From Mobula hypostoma (Eukaryota), in the NCBI RefSeq assembly GCF_963921235.1, contig NC_086097.1:198774001-198838000 (forward strand): a DNA stretch of 64,000 nucleotides, read 5' to 3'. Under the pieces are notes generated by a model, which searched no databases, was not told the origin of the DNA, and was given only the letters and a program-made list of their open reading frames with translations. The position numbers and the translations under genes were made by a program. Below are positions 48,710 to 61,265 of the stretch, one piece after another. Each line of letters opens with the position of its first letter. The stretch's first letter is position 1.

Positions 48710-49898
48710 ATCCACAGAAAATTCTGAGGATCACACTACTGTTATGTCTGAGTGAATATAGTACAAAATTAATGCTGGTGTTCCTTTGGTACTGTATTCA
48801 TTCAGACAAACAGTAGAAAGTAACCATGAGGTAATAGGTTGTACAAACAGCATCCTTAGCATTTGAGTAGTTTCATTATTAACTCTGCCAATAATTCAGT
48901 TTGTCATATCTCTCAAGGGATGTAAAATGTGGAGCATCTCTGAAACTACATTCGCTTGTTGCTTAGAGAATTTAATGGAAAGTTTACAGTAATATATCTT
49001 GCATATTTACTACTTTACCATGGAAACTCCAGCAGCATATCCTAATTCTTACATTCATTAAGCCCCCTTCTTTGCCTCTCTCGTGTTTTAAATTTTGAAT
49101 GGGTAAACTGTTCAATTAATAAATGTTAGAAAACTTCCTTGTTGGAAATGTTGGAGGCTTATTCCACACCAACTAGGAATTTGGAGAGATGTTAGTTGAA
49201 CAACACTTGAACATGTCTTTATCCTGGTACTAGAACAATTTGTTCTTCTGTTTTGTCTAATAAAAGCCCTACTCCCTTTGTATCTGTCTGAATCTCATCA
49301 CACAACAAAGTTCTAGTAACAGATGTCACTACAATTGTTATGGTACAAGTTGTCATCGACTCTACCATGGGATGTATGGAAGATTGAGGCTCAGGAGCAA
49401 CTGAGATTGAGTTGTCTGGGGCACATGCTAACTGATCTCGGTTCTAATTTGTGTCCATGCCAACAATACTACTATGTTCACAATGAAGATATACCTGAGT
49501 TACAAGTCCTTTTTTTCCTGAAGCAGGACCCAAAAAGACATGCCTTCCCACTATTATCCTAGTACTCCCATTTTTTCCCCATTACACAACCTTGATTATC
49601 AACAGACATTGGTCTTACTTCTTTTACAAAATCTTGTATCAGTTCATCATGAGCTCATACTACCAGTTCACCTTCCTCATCCACAGTCTTCTACCATTAC
49701 CAGTGTATCGGATGCAATTCAAATAGACATGTCCATGAATGTTGTTAATTGTGCATCTGCAGCCAATCTAATCTTCATACCTTGTAGCTGTCCAGATGAA
49801 AATGCATTTGGTCAATACACTCTATAATAGAACATACCTTCAGCAAAGCCTTCAACTACTAAGAGGCCACTCATCAGTAGTATTACAATACCAATCAT
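48710..49898 (-). pseudogene. env-like remnant of the provirus
   Basis: Signal-peptide-like MIGIVILLMSGLLVVEG, VQVLFN/LTSLQIPSWC, furin-like RERQRR (RQRR at 49066-49077) then Gly/Ala-rich LGYAAGVSMV; many stops. Confidence 0.6.
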
Positions 49899-52528
49899 TT
49901 GCAAACAACCGGAGAAAAAACATCAAGAGCAATTTCTATACTTATTGAGTCATCTGATATTTCCTCTAAATTTAACTCTTCCATTGTTCACTTTATATCC
50001 AGAAGATCTAGTGATGAACACAGTTTCCCATCTGTTTCTCTTCCATTGCCTCTGCCATGGCTTAGGTGATTGCAGTGGTTGCCTTGCCTTAAACCTCCCT
50101 TCTTGATGCTGAGTATGAAGTGAACTATTGTTAACCTCTGGATGCGAACTAGAAGTGGTTGCCCAACCACTTCCCGAACATCATATTGACAATGTGCCTT
50201 TAGACCTCAGCTACTAGAGAACAAGGGGTTTAAGTTGGTTAATATGATCCCAACCTGACTTATTGGGAACAGCTTGGATTCAATAAACCGATGGACGGTC
50301 TCTGTCAGTGGCGTTATATGGCATCATATACAAATCTCGGAGATGTAAAAGAACCTGGCTGATGTACTGAGGTCATACTCAGGCAGTGATAAATCTAACC
50401 CAAAAAGGAATTCTAACCCTCTCATTTCTCTCCCTGTCATCAACTTAAAAGGTGTAAATCCAGCAAAAGCAGCTTCTGTGGTACAGATGATCATAAGGAC
50501 ATAGGGTAAGGCAGTGACCCAGATGGTCCTGTGCTGTTTAGCCATTATAGCCAACACTGTCTTTAAAGTCCTATTCATCCATTCAACAATTCCACTGGAT
50601 TGGGATCGATAAGGAACATGAAACCTCCATTTTATACCAAACAGCTTCAAGAGATTTGCATCACTTGTGCAGTGAAATGAGGACCTTGATAAGATTCTAA
50701 ACTCCCTGAGTAAAAGTTCCATTGAACAAAATCCTGGCTGTAACTTAGCAGAGTTATTTATATTTGGCAAAGTCTCTTACCCACTTGGATATATTCCACT
50801 ATCACTAGGATATATTTCAATCCTTCAGGCAATGGAGGTAAAGGTTCCACAAAATCAGTCTGCAAGTTAACCTATGGTTCTTCTATGGGGCTTATTTGTC
50901 TTAGAGCTGCTTTTCGAGCCATTTTATCTGGGATATACTGAGCACAGATCAAACTATTCTTACAATAATGTCTTTATCTCTTCCAATTTTTGGCCACCAA
51001 CAGAGATTCTTCTGCTCCTTGTTGCCCAAAAATGTCATGGGGCACCAATACATCATCTAATTTCTTTCACTTTCTGGCAACACAAATTTACCATTAAGTA
51101 CAATCCCATTCTGTACCTGTATTCCTGGATATTTCTCATTCTCCTCAGAATTCTCTCCTCTCTCTACCTTTGCTAACTTATGATCCTGGTGCAGCACCTT
51201 GACTAAGTCTGTAGGTACACTCTTTGCTGGTTTCGTTGTTATCACTCCCTCTATATTTGGATTCCATTTCACCCCGCACCTTGCTCCTATTTTGGCTAAT
51301 TCATCTGTTCCCTTCTGGGGATGTTTATAAATGAGCTTTCACTGTGTTTACTATCTGTTTCCTCTTGCCTTCTCAAAATATATATTTCAGCAAAGTTACT
51401 AATGCAAGGTCTACCATCTGCTGTAACGTAATTTCTAGCTTCCCGTAATGGTAAATATTCAGTAAAACTATTACATCCTTTCTGAGTGTATAACTGCTCC
51501 TGAAGGATATCTGTCTGGATGGCTAACAACAAAAGCTATAACAGCGGTCTCTGCCACTTTTTTTTAGGTAACTTGATCACAACACTTTCTACCTTTACTC
51601 CTTCCTCATCCTCTACATGTATACCACATCCCGTAAGCTTCTTCTCCATGATCTGATGACGATTTGTCAACAAAGATCCTCAAAGAGGAACTTTCTGGTT
51701 GCATGACTTTATTATCCTCTCCTGATTTTAAGGTGGGGAATGAATGGTCCTTTCCATCCTTTCAATACTGTTACCTGACATCCGTGAGGTCTACCCCACT
51801 AAGTTAAATTGTCAATGAGCATGATTGTACTGCTAACTCTTAACTGCAACATCCATTGGACAAGTTGAGTTTGACTGATTACCCCATACTTGTTGTGGCC
51901 ATCCAACAAAAGCTGAATTGGAGCATGCTCTGTTAAAATGGTTAGTGGATTAAGACCATCAATACAAGTGAAATGTTTGACTGCCTGAAACACTGCTAAT
52001 AGATGATATTCACAAGTTTGAGATGCTTACACCACTGGTTTCAGTCTGCTATGCATCTCCTGGAGTAACACAGCTAATATCGTATTCCTGGTGGCAGTGA
52101 CATCTGAAGAGAACGGCTTGGAAGGGGTTAGGGTGTAAAGAGCAAGTGCTTCTGCAAGGCTGATTTTAGGACCTGATTCTGCCATAGACTTTTCTGGTTT
52201 CCATTCCCATGGAACACCTTCCTTCAAGAAAGTGGGTGAGCTTTGGTGTCAAAGCCATCTATGTGGTCTGTACAATGCCCCACTAAACTAAGAAACAACC
52301 TCAATCGCTTCACGTCAGTAGGAAAAAGTAGTTTTGCCATAACATCTACATGCTGTTTATCAACATCTCATCTCCCGGGGTTATGACTACCCCAAGTAAC
52401 TAACCTGCTGCCTCATGATTTGAGCTTTTTTAAGGCTTACCTTAAAGCCCATCTTCTGTAACAGTTGAAGTAGTTCTTTAAATAACTCATAATGCTCCTG
52501 TCAGGTCTCTGTCAACAACAGTACATCA

Positions 52529-52632
52529 GCTTTTTTTGTGTGTGCCATACTCTGCCAGAGCCTCGGTGACCACTTTTTTCAAGTGGTTGTTTTGGAGGAA
52601 AGATTCTGTGAGTGGTCCCCCACGTCCTTCTC
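52529..52632 (-). mobile_element. 104-bp retroposed fragment with A-rich tail inserted at the RT YVDD motif
   Basis: 11-bp TSD ACAGTACATCA at 52518-52528 and 52633-52643. Confidence 0.7.
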
Positions 52633-52984
52633 ACAGTACATCATCTACATATTGAATTAAACACTGGGGAGCTCGAATGGCTTTCAGTGCATTGGCCAAA
52701 CATTGATGGAAAATGGAGGGCAAATTATGAAACCCTTGTGACAAAATTGTCCATGTATACTCTTCTCCCTTGCAAGTGAAAGCACATTTATATTGACATT
52801 CTCTTTTCAATGGGACTGATCAAAATCCATTACTTGTATCCAGTTCTGAGAACCACTTTGCTACAGTATTCAGCTTAATCATAGTCTCGGAACCTGTGGC
52901 TACAGTAGAGGCAGTTTGTAGATGCTATTTTTTGCAAAACTCACTGTTAAGAAACAATAATTTTCTCTATATCTCCCTCTGCTT

Positions 52985-55900
52985 AGAAACATAGAAAACC
53001 TACAGCACAATACAGGCTCTTCAGCCCACAATACTGTCCCAAATATGTACTTACTTTAGAAATTACCCAGGGTTACCCATAGCCCTCTATTTTTCTGAAC
53101 TCCATTTATCTATCCAGGAGTCTCTTAACAGACCCTATCGTATCTGCCTCCACCACAGTCGCCAGCAGCCCAATCCACGCACTCACCACCCTCTGCATAA
53201 AAAAAAACTTATCCCTGAGAACTCCTCTGTACCTACTTCCAAGCACCTTAAAACTATGCCCTCTCGTGTTAGCCATTTCAGCCCTGGGGAAAAAGCCTCT
53301 GATCAATTCCTCTCATCATCGTATATACCTCTATCAGGTCACGTCTCATCCTCCATCGCTCCAAAGAGAAAAGGCCGAGTTCACTCAACTATTCTCATAG
53401 GGCATGGTCCCCAGTCCTGGCAACATCCTTGTAAATCTCCTCTGCACCCTTTCTATGGTTTCCATATCCTTCCTCTAATGAGGTGACCAGAACCGAGCAC
53501 AGTACTCCAAGTGGGGTCTAATCAGGGTTCTATAAAGCTGTAACATTACCTCTCAGCTCTTGAACTCAATCCCACCATTGATGAAGGCCAATGCACTGTA
53601 TGCCTTCTTAACCACAGAGTCAACCTGCGCAGCAGCTTTGAGTGTCCTATGGACTCGGACCCCAAGATCCCTCTGATCTTCTACACTGGCAGGAATCTTA
53701 CCATTAATACTATATTCCGTCATCATATTTGACCTACCAAAATAAACCACCTCACAATTATCTGGGTTGAACTCCATCTGCCACTTCTCAGCCCAGTTTT
53801 GCATCCTATCAATGTCCTGCTGTATCCTCTGACAGCCCTCCACACTATTCACAACACCCCCATCCTTTGTGTCATCAGCAAATTTACTAACCCATCCCTC
53901 CACTTCCTCATCCAGGTAATTTATAAAAATCACCAAGAGAAGGGGTCCCAGAACAGATCCCTGTAGCACACCATTGGTCACCAACCTCCATGCAGAATAT
54001 GATCCGTCTGCAGCCCCTCGTCACTTTCTGTGGGCAAGCCAATTTCTGGATCTACAGAGCAAGATCCCCTTGGATCCCATGCCTCCTTACTTTCTCAATA
54101 AGCCTTGCATGGGGTACCTTATTAAATGCCTTGCTGAAATCCATATACACAAATCTACTGCTCTACCTTCATCAATGCTTTTAGTCACATCCTCAAAACC
54201 TCAATCAGGCTCATAAGGCATGACTTGCCATTCACAAAGCCATACTGACTATTCCTAATCATATTATGCCTCTCCAAATGTTCATAAATCCTGCCTCTCA
54301 TGATCTTCTCAATCATCTTACCAAACACTGAAGTAAGGTCTATAATTTCCTGGGCTATCTCTACTCCCTTTCTTGAATAAGAGAACAACATCTGCAGTCC
54401 TCTGGAACCTATCCCGTCCCCATTGATGATGCAAAGATCATGACCAGAGGCTCAGCAATCTCCTCCTTTGCCTCCCACAGTAGCCTGGGTACATCTCATC
54501 CAGTCCCGGTGACTTATCCAACCTGATGCTTTACAAAAGCTCCAGCACATCCTCTTTCTTAATGTCTATATGCTCAAACTTTTCAATCCGCTGTGTCATC
54601 CCTACAATCACCAAGGTCCTTTTCCGTAGTGAATACTGAAACAAAGTATTCATTAAGTATCTCCGCTATCTCCTCTGGTTTTATATACACTTTTCCACTG
54701 TCACACTTGATTGGTCCTATTCTCTCACGTCTTATCCTCTTGCTCTTCACATACTTGTAGAATGCCTTGGGGTGTTCCTCAATCCTGCTCGCCAAGGCCT
54801 TCTCATGGACCCTTCTGGCTCTCCTAATTTCATTCTTAAGCTCCTTCCTGCTAGCCTTATAATCTTCTAGATCTCTATCATTACCTAGTTTTTTGAGCCT
54901 TTTGTAAGCTATTCTGTTCTTCTTGACGATTTTCAACAGCCTTTGTACACTACGGTTCCTGTACACTCCCATCCTTCCCGTCTCATTGGAACATACCTAT
55001 TCAAATGTCACGCAAATATCCCCTGAACATTTGCCACATTTCTGCCGTACATTTCTCTGAGAACATCTATTCCCAATTTATGCTTCTGAGTTCTTATTTC
55101 CCCTTACTCCAATTAAACGCTTTCTAATTTGTCAGTTCTAATCCCTCTCCAATGCTATGGTAAAGGAGATAGAATTATGATCACTATCTCCAAAATGCTT
55201 CCCACTGAGAGACCTGACACTTGACCAGGTTCATTTCCCAATACCAGATCAAATACAGGCTCTTGTTTTGTAGGCCTATTTACATATTGTGTCAGGAAAC
55301 CTTTCTGAACACACCTAACAAACTCCACCCCATCTAAACCACCTGCTCTAGGAAGATGCCAATCAGTATTGGGGAAATTAAAATCTCCCACAACGACGAC
55401 ACTTATTATTACACCTTTCCAGAATCTGTCTCCCTATCTGCTCCTTGATGTCCCTGTTACTATTGGGTGGTCTATAAAAAACACCCAGTAGACTTATCGA
55501 CCCCTTCCTGTTCCTAACTTCCACCCACAGAGACTCAGTAGACAATCCCTCCATGACTTCCTCCTCTTCTGCAGCCGTGACACCATCTCTGATCAGCAGT
55601 GCCACGTCTCCACCTCTTTTGCCTCCCTCCCTGTCTGAAACATCTAAAGCCTGGCATGCTAAGTTACCATTCCTGCCCTTGAACTATCCAAGTCTCTGTA
55701 ATGGCCACAACATCATAGCTCCAAATACTGATCCACGCTCTAAGCTGATCCGCTTTGTTCACGATGCTTCTTGCATTAAAATAGACACATCTCAAACCAT
55801 CAGTCTAAGTGTATCCCTTCTCTATCACCTGCCTATCCTCCCGCTTACACTGTCTCCAAGCTTTCTCTAATTGTGAGCCAACCACCCCTTCCTCCATCTC

Positions 55901-56200
55901 TTCAGTTCAGTTCCCACCTCCCCAGCAATTCTAGTTTAAAGTCTTCTCAATAACCTTAGTAAACCTTCCTGCCAGATATTGGTCCCCTTTGGATTCAAAT
56001 ACAACCTGTCTTTTTTGTACAGGTCACGCCTGCCCCAAATGAGGTCCCAATGATCCAGAAATCTGAATTCCTTCCCCCACTCACGCATTTATCCTCCACC
56101 TCACTCTATTCCTACACTGCCTGTGCCACACGACAGTGAGTAATCCTGAGATTACTACCTTTGAGGTCCTGCTTCTCAACTTCCTTCCTAACTCCCTGTA
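52985..56200 (-). mobile_element. CR1 LINE (same family as 4862-7552) inserted into proviral pol
   Basis: ORF1 end, APE and RT motifs; pol reads ...KQYRFP | ..AEGDIEKII across it. Confidence 0.92.
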
Positions 56201-56279
56201 GTTGGAAATCTATATTGCTTCCGGAGTTTTGGGTCAGGCCTTGTATATGCACATCCTCGTGCATCCTGCCACAGTCGTG

Positions 56280-56372
56280 TTGTAGGTTGGAACATAGATT
56301 GGGAGACGGCTTTAATGAGCACCTACGCTCCATCCGGCAGCAAAAGCGGGATCTCCCAGTGGCCACACACTT
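56280..56372 (+). mobile_element. Penelope-like GIY-YIG fragment inserted in proviral pol
   Basis: HRLGDGFNEHLRSIRQQKRDLPVATHF. Confidence 0.7.
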
Positions 56373-57732
56373 TTATGTTTAGCCAATACTGCCTAACAAT
56401 CGAAAATAATTTGTCTGGCCCGCAAGTCCTCCATCATATCTTCTGCTTTCAGCCATATCTCCCCAACTATACATATTCTATCCTCATGTCATCCATCTGG
56501 AATGTCAATAGGGCCCTTCTCCCTATCAAATCATACAATTAATTGGATCAAAACTCAAACCTGCTTTCCTAATAAAATCACTTCCCAAAATGTGTTCTTG
56601 AGCTGTTAGCATGTTGACAAGCATAACCAAGTGGCGCACATTCAGTCGTATGTTCAGGGGTGTAATCAGCTCCCCTACTTGCAGTTAAAATAACATTATC
56701 TTGTATTTCCCGACTCGGTAGATTGAATGTGGATGTGTTTAGGGTGGTTCGTGAGCCTCCTGTATCCCAAAGAAATTTCATAGGGTGGCGTCCTACCCTA
56801 GCTTGTACAAGGGGTCTACCCGCACCATGCCACCTTGCAGTGCTCGGCCACGTAACTGAGACCTGACACCATCATTGTGTACTAGGAGTCCCCACAGGTA
56901 ACTCCAGATACAGTCATGGCTTCTCCTCTGCAACCTGAATGTTACATTGTGGGTGACATGGTGCACTGTCCAAGGGCAATGGAACCTTTGTTACATCGTG
57001 ACCATTGCCAGCCTGTCGGAGTTGTGGGCAATCCCTCGCAAAATGATCTCGGTGTCTGCAATTGAAACATTTCCTTGGGGATCCGGTATTTTGACTGAAT
57101 GTAGGCATTCCGACTGCATCCTCAACCATGTCCTATAATAGATTGTGCCCTGATAGGGATCGCATCTCCTTTCATTCTGGCACTATACACCTTGTTCCTT
57201 TAGAACCCAGTTTCCCCTTAGCCTCCTTTGTACCTTTCTCCCATACTCATATCATCCTTCTGAGAACCCATGCTTCAGTGTTTGTGGGATCAAACACGTC
57301 ATACTCTTCTTCTGTCCTCGGTACTCTGCGATGCCAGGGTCCTAAGCCAGATACTACTACTTTGTTGTTGTTCTGCCTATCCATAAATACTCGAGAACTG
57401 GCCACAACCTTGTCGCAAGCGCATTAGGATGCTCCCCTTTCTGCTGTCACTGGATCACCTTGGTTAGACCCAGCAGATCCCAAGATAGCATCCTATAAAT
57501 CACCCAGAGTCCACTGGCCTTGTGCCTGTTCCTCCGGCAGGGCCGAGTGTAACACTGAAGTTAGATACGGAAGGGAATAATCCACTCCCTTGCCTCAGTT
57601 AAAACGTGAATCATCCTATGCTGCTGAGTGCGCTGGAAAAGATCGAGGATCCAATCCCAGCCCATGCTTAGCTATTTTTGCAGCTATAGCACTCAACTGG
57701 CCTACGTCAAAAGGGGTAGAATACTATGTCAT

Positions 57733-57987
57733 GGGCCAGCTGGTGGCGCAAGGACATCAGCGCCGGACTCTGCAATGGAGGTTCCTGGGTTCGAACCCAG
57801 TTGGGGCCGCTCCCGAGTACGCTTTCCATCCGTGCCGGTTGAGTGTCAAGATCACAACTCGACCTCGTAAAATAAAAGGGAAAAATGCTGCAAAATGTCT
57901 GTGTGGGGAGTGGCGCGCCGCACAGTCTCTCTCCCTCTCCGCGCCTTGTAAAGGCATGAAAAAGACATTGTCCTGCCAACATCATAT
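57733..57987 (+). mobile_element. tRNA-derived SINE inserted in proviral gag
   Basis: A box TGGCGCAAGG, B box GGTTCGAACCC; perfect 14-bp TSD GAATACTATGTCAT (57719-57732 and 57988-58001). Confidence 0.88.
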
Positions 57988-58550
57988 GAATACTATGTCA
58001 TAACTGGTTCCCCTGGCTCTGTTGTCTCCTGAACTCTCTTTTACCATGGGCACCACTGCGGTAGGGAATGCTGATGGTTCCATCCACTCCTGGAAAAATC
58101 CACAAGGAGGTAGGCCATTTCCCCAATTATCTTAACTATAATAGTGTGTTGCTTCATATCCAATCTATATCACCGTCGTTGTTAGTTCTCGCCCCAAATA
58201 CACATATCACTCTTCTCTGAACTGAAAGTTGACCTTGCAACTTCTCGATCTGTTTCAAACACCTGGTGTGATTGGTGCTGCTTTTCTTCTCAGCACAACG
58301 TTCATAGCAGTCTGTAAATCCTGACACTGACTTGCATTTCTCTACTTCCATATTCTCCTTTTCACTTGTCACGTGTTCGCACAGAGTCTGAAACTGACTG
58401 GTGTATCAAATTTGCCTGCTCCTGCTCCCTCCGTATTTCATTTTTTCCCTCTTTCCAGGTCCTTCCTCTCTCACTCTTCCCTACACTTACACAATTCCAC
58501 TTTCTTCTGTTTTTCATTCTTTCCTTCAATTATATCTTCCAGTATACTGT

Positions 58551-59957
58551 AGTCATTGAAAAGTACAGCACTGAAACTGGCCCTTTAGCCCATTTAGTCC
58601 ATGCCAAAACCATTTAAACTGCCTGCTGCCATTGACCTGCACTGGGACCATAGCCCTCTGCTACCAACCATGTTACCTATCCAAACTTCGCTCAAACATT
58701 GAAATCGAGCTCATTCCACACTCTCACAACCCTCTGAGTGAAGAAGTTTCCCTTGTGTTATCTTTTCTTCATCACTTTTCACCCTTAACCCATGACCTAA
58801 GGTAGTCCCGCCCAACCTTAGTGGAAAAAGCCTGCTAGTATTTACTGTCTATACCCTTAATATAATTTTGTTTACCTCTATCAAATCTCCTCTCAGTGTT
58901 CTATGTTCTAAGGAATGAAGTCCTAATCTATTCAATCTTCTCTTTTAACTCAGGTCCTCCAGTCCTGATAACATCCTTGTAAATTTTCTCTGTATTCTTT
59001 CCAAACTTATTTACATCTTTCCTGTAGGTAGGTGACCAAAACTACACACAATCTTCCAAATTAGGCCTCACCAACGTCCTATACAACTTCAACGTAACTT
59101 CCCATTCCAGTACCCAGTACTTTGAATTATGAAAGCCAATATTCCAAGAGCTTTCTTTACAACCCTATCTACCTGTGACACCATTTTCAACAAATTATGG
59201 GCCTGTATTCCCAGATTCCTTTGTTCTACCACACTCCTCAGTGCCCAACAGTTCATTGTAAAAGACCAACCTTGGTTGGTCCTACCGAAGTGCAACAGCT
59301 CACACGTCTCCGCATTAAATTCCATCTGCCATTTTTCCAGCTGATGTAGATCCTTCTGCAAGCCATCATAGCCTTCTTTACTGTCCACTCCACCCCCAAT
59401 CTTGGAGTCATCTGCAAACTTACTGATCCGGTTAACCACATTATCATCCAGATCATTGATATAGATCAAAAACAACAACAAACCTAGCACCCATCCCTGC
59501 GGCACACCACTAGTCACAGCCCTCCAGTCAGAAAGGCAACCATCTACTACTGCTCTCTTAGCTTCTCCCACAAAGCCAATGTCTCATTCAATTTACTACC
59601 TCATCCTGAATGCCGAGCGACTGAACCTTCTTGACCAATCTCCCATGTGGGATCTTGTCAAATGCCTTGCTAAAGTCCATGTAGACAATATCCACTGCCT
59701 TGCCTTCGTCCATTTTCCTGGTAACTTCCTCAAAGAATCTACAAAATTGGTTAGATGTGCCCTACCATGCACAAAGCCAAGCTGACTATCCCTCATCAGC
59801 CTACATCTATCCAAATGCTTATATATCAGGTCCCTTAGAATACCTTCCAATTACTTTCCCACTACCTCTGTCAGACTTACCAACCTATAATTCCTTGGTT
59901 TATGTTCAGGGACTTTCTTAAGCATTGGCTATCCTCAGTCCTCTGGTACCTCTCCTG
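58551..59957 (-). mobile_element. Degraded CR1 inserted in proviral gag
   Basis: GVPQGWVLG...KFADDSKIGG and a CR1 3' UTR. Confidence 0.85.
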
Positions 59958-60240
59958 CACATCCTATCATAATAGCTTTTTAAATCGTCGATTTCTTTTC
60001 ACTAACTTATTTCCACAAAGCATCCCTGAGGGTCACTGACCCTACACTCTCATAGTCTGGCCATTATCTTTGTATATAACTATGACCTTCATTGGAGTAC
60101 TGTGCAAGTCTGGCAAAGAGCTTTAAAAAGGATGTTTTTTTCAGCGGGAGATACTGATTGAAGTAGTGTGCAGATGTAGGAAGTGTTCTTACACAAGTCT
60201 GGCAATTTAAAACCCAGTCTCCATAAAAGAGCAATATGAT

Positions 60241-61110
60241 TGTAGCAGGACTTAGACAAATTGGAAGAAAGAGCAAAAAAAAAGCAGTAGACGGAATAAA
60301 GTGTTGAGAAATGTATGATAATGCGTTTTGGTGAAAGCAACGATAGTGTGGACTGCTATATAAATGGAGAGAAGGTTCAAAGATCAAAGGTGCAGAGACA
60401 GGAGTCCTTGCGCAAGACTCCCAGTGGGTTAATTACGAGTTGAGTCTGTGGTAAAGAAGGCAAATGCAATGTTGGCATTTATTTCAAGGGGAATAGAATA
60501 TAAAAGCAAAAAGATAATGCTGAGCCTTTATAAGACACTAGTCATGCCGAACTCAGGGCATGAACTCATGCCGAATCTGTGGAGTATTTTCAACAGCTTT
60601 GAGCCTCCTATCTCAGGAAGAATGTATTGTCATTGGAGGTGTCCAAAGGAGGTTTACAAGGATTATTCTGGGAATGAAAGGGTTAATATGAGGAATGCTT
60701 GGCAGTTTTGGGACTGTACTCACTGGAATTTAGAAGAATGTTGGTGGGGGGGGAGGGGGAGGTGTTGGAAATCTCATTGAAACCTACCACATGTTGAAAG
60801 GACTAGATAGGGTGGATGTGGAGAGGATGTTTCCTATGGTGGGGGTATCCAGAACTAGAGGGCACAACCTCAAAATTGAGGGGCAACCTTTTAAAACAGA
60901 GGTAAAGAGGAATTTTTTTTTTGCCAGAGGGTAGTGAATCTGTGGAATGCTCTGCCACAGACTGCGGTGGAGGCCAAGTCTGTGGGTATATTTAAGGCAG
61001 AAGTTAATAGTTTCCTGATCAGTCAGTACATCAAAGGATATGGCGAGAAAGTATGGATGGAACGGGAGAGCGGAATGGCCTAATTCTGCTTCTATGCCTT
61101 ATGGTCTCAT
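60241..61110 (+). mobile_element. Degraded CR1 3' fragment inserted near the gag start
   Basis: VKKANAMLAFISRGIEYKS and QRVVNLWNALP-type sequence. Confidence 0.85.
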
Positions 61111-61247
61111 GAATGTAATCTCTGCAATCTTCCAAACCTCCTGGGTTCTTCTTGTCCTTTTCTTTCCCCCCCTTTTCCCATTTTAATATCCTAACCTACT
61201 GGGTGGAACTTGAAACTAGACTCCCTGACCTCTGTTTTCCTTTTCGA

Positions 61248-61265
61248 ACCCAGCCAGGGACGCCA
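61248..61265 (-). promoter_or_regulatory. Primer binding site complementary to tRNA-Asn
   Basis: Plus strand TTCGAACCCAGCCAGGGACGCCA versus the recalled tRNA-Asn(GTT) 3' end TTCGAGCCCACCCAGGGACGCCA; 5 nt from the LTR end. Confidence 0.8.

Noticed and set aside
52560..52590. Reverse strand ACTTGAAAAAAGTGGTCACCGAG resembles the SpCas9 tracrRNA 3' hairpins
   Set aside because: Short gapped match inside a TSD-flanked retroposed insert in vertebrate DNA; no anti-repeat, array or cas genes; treated as coincidence
57733..57810. tRNA gene
   Set aside because: A and B boxes belong to a TSD-flanked SINE head; no complete cloverleaf
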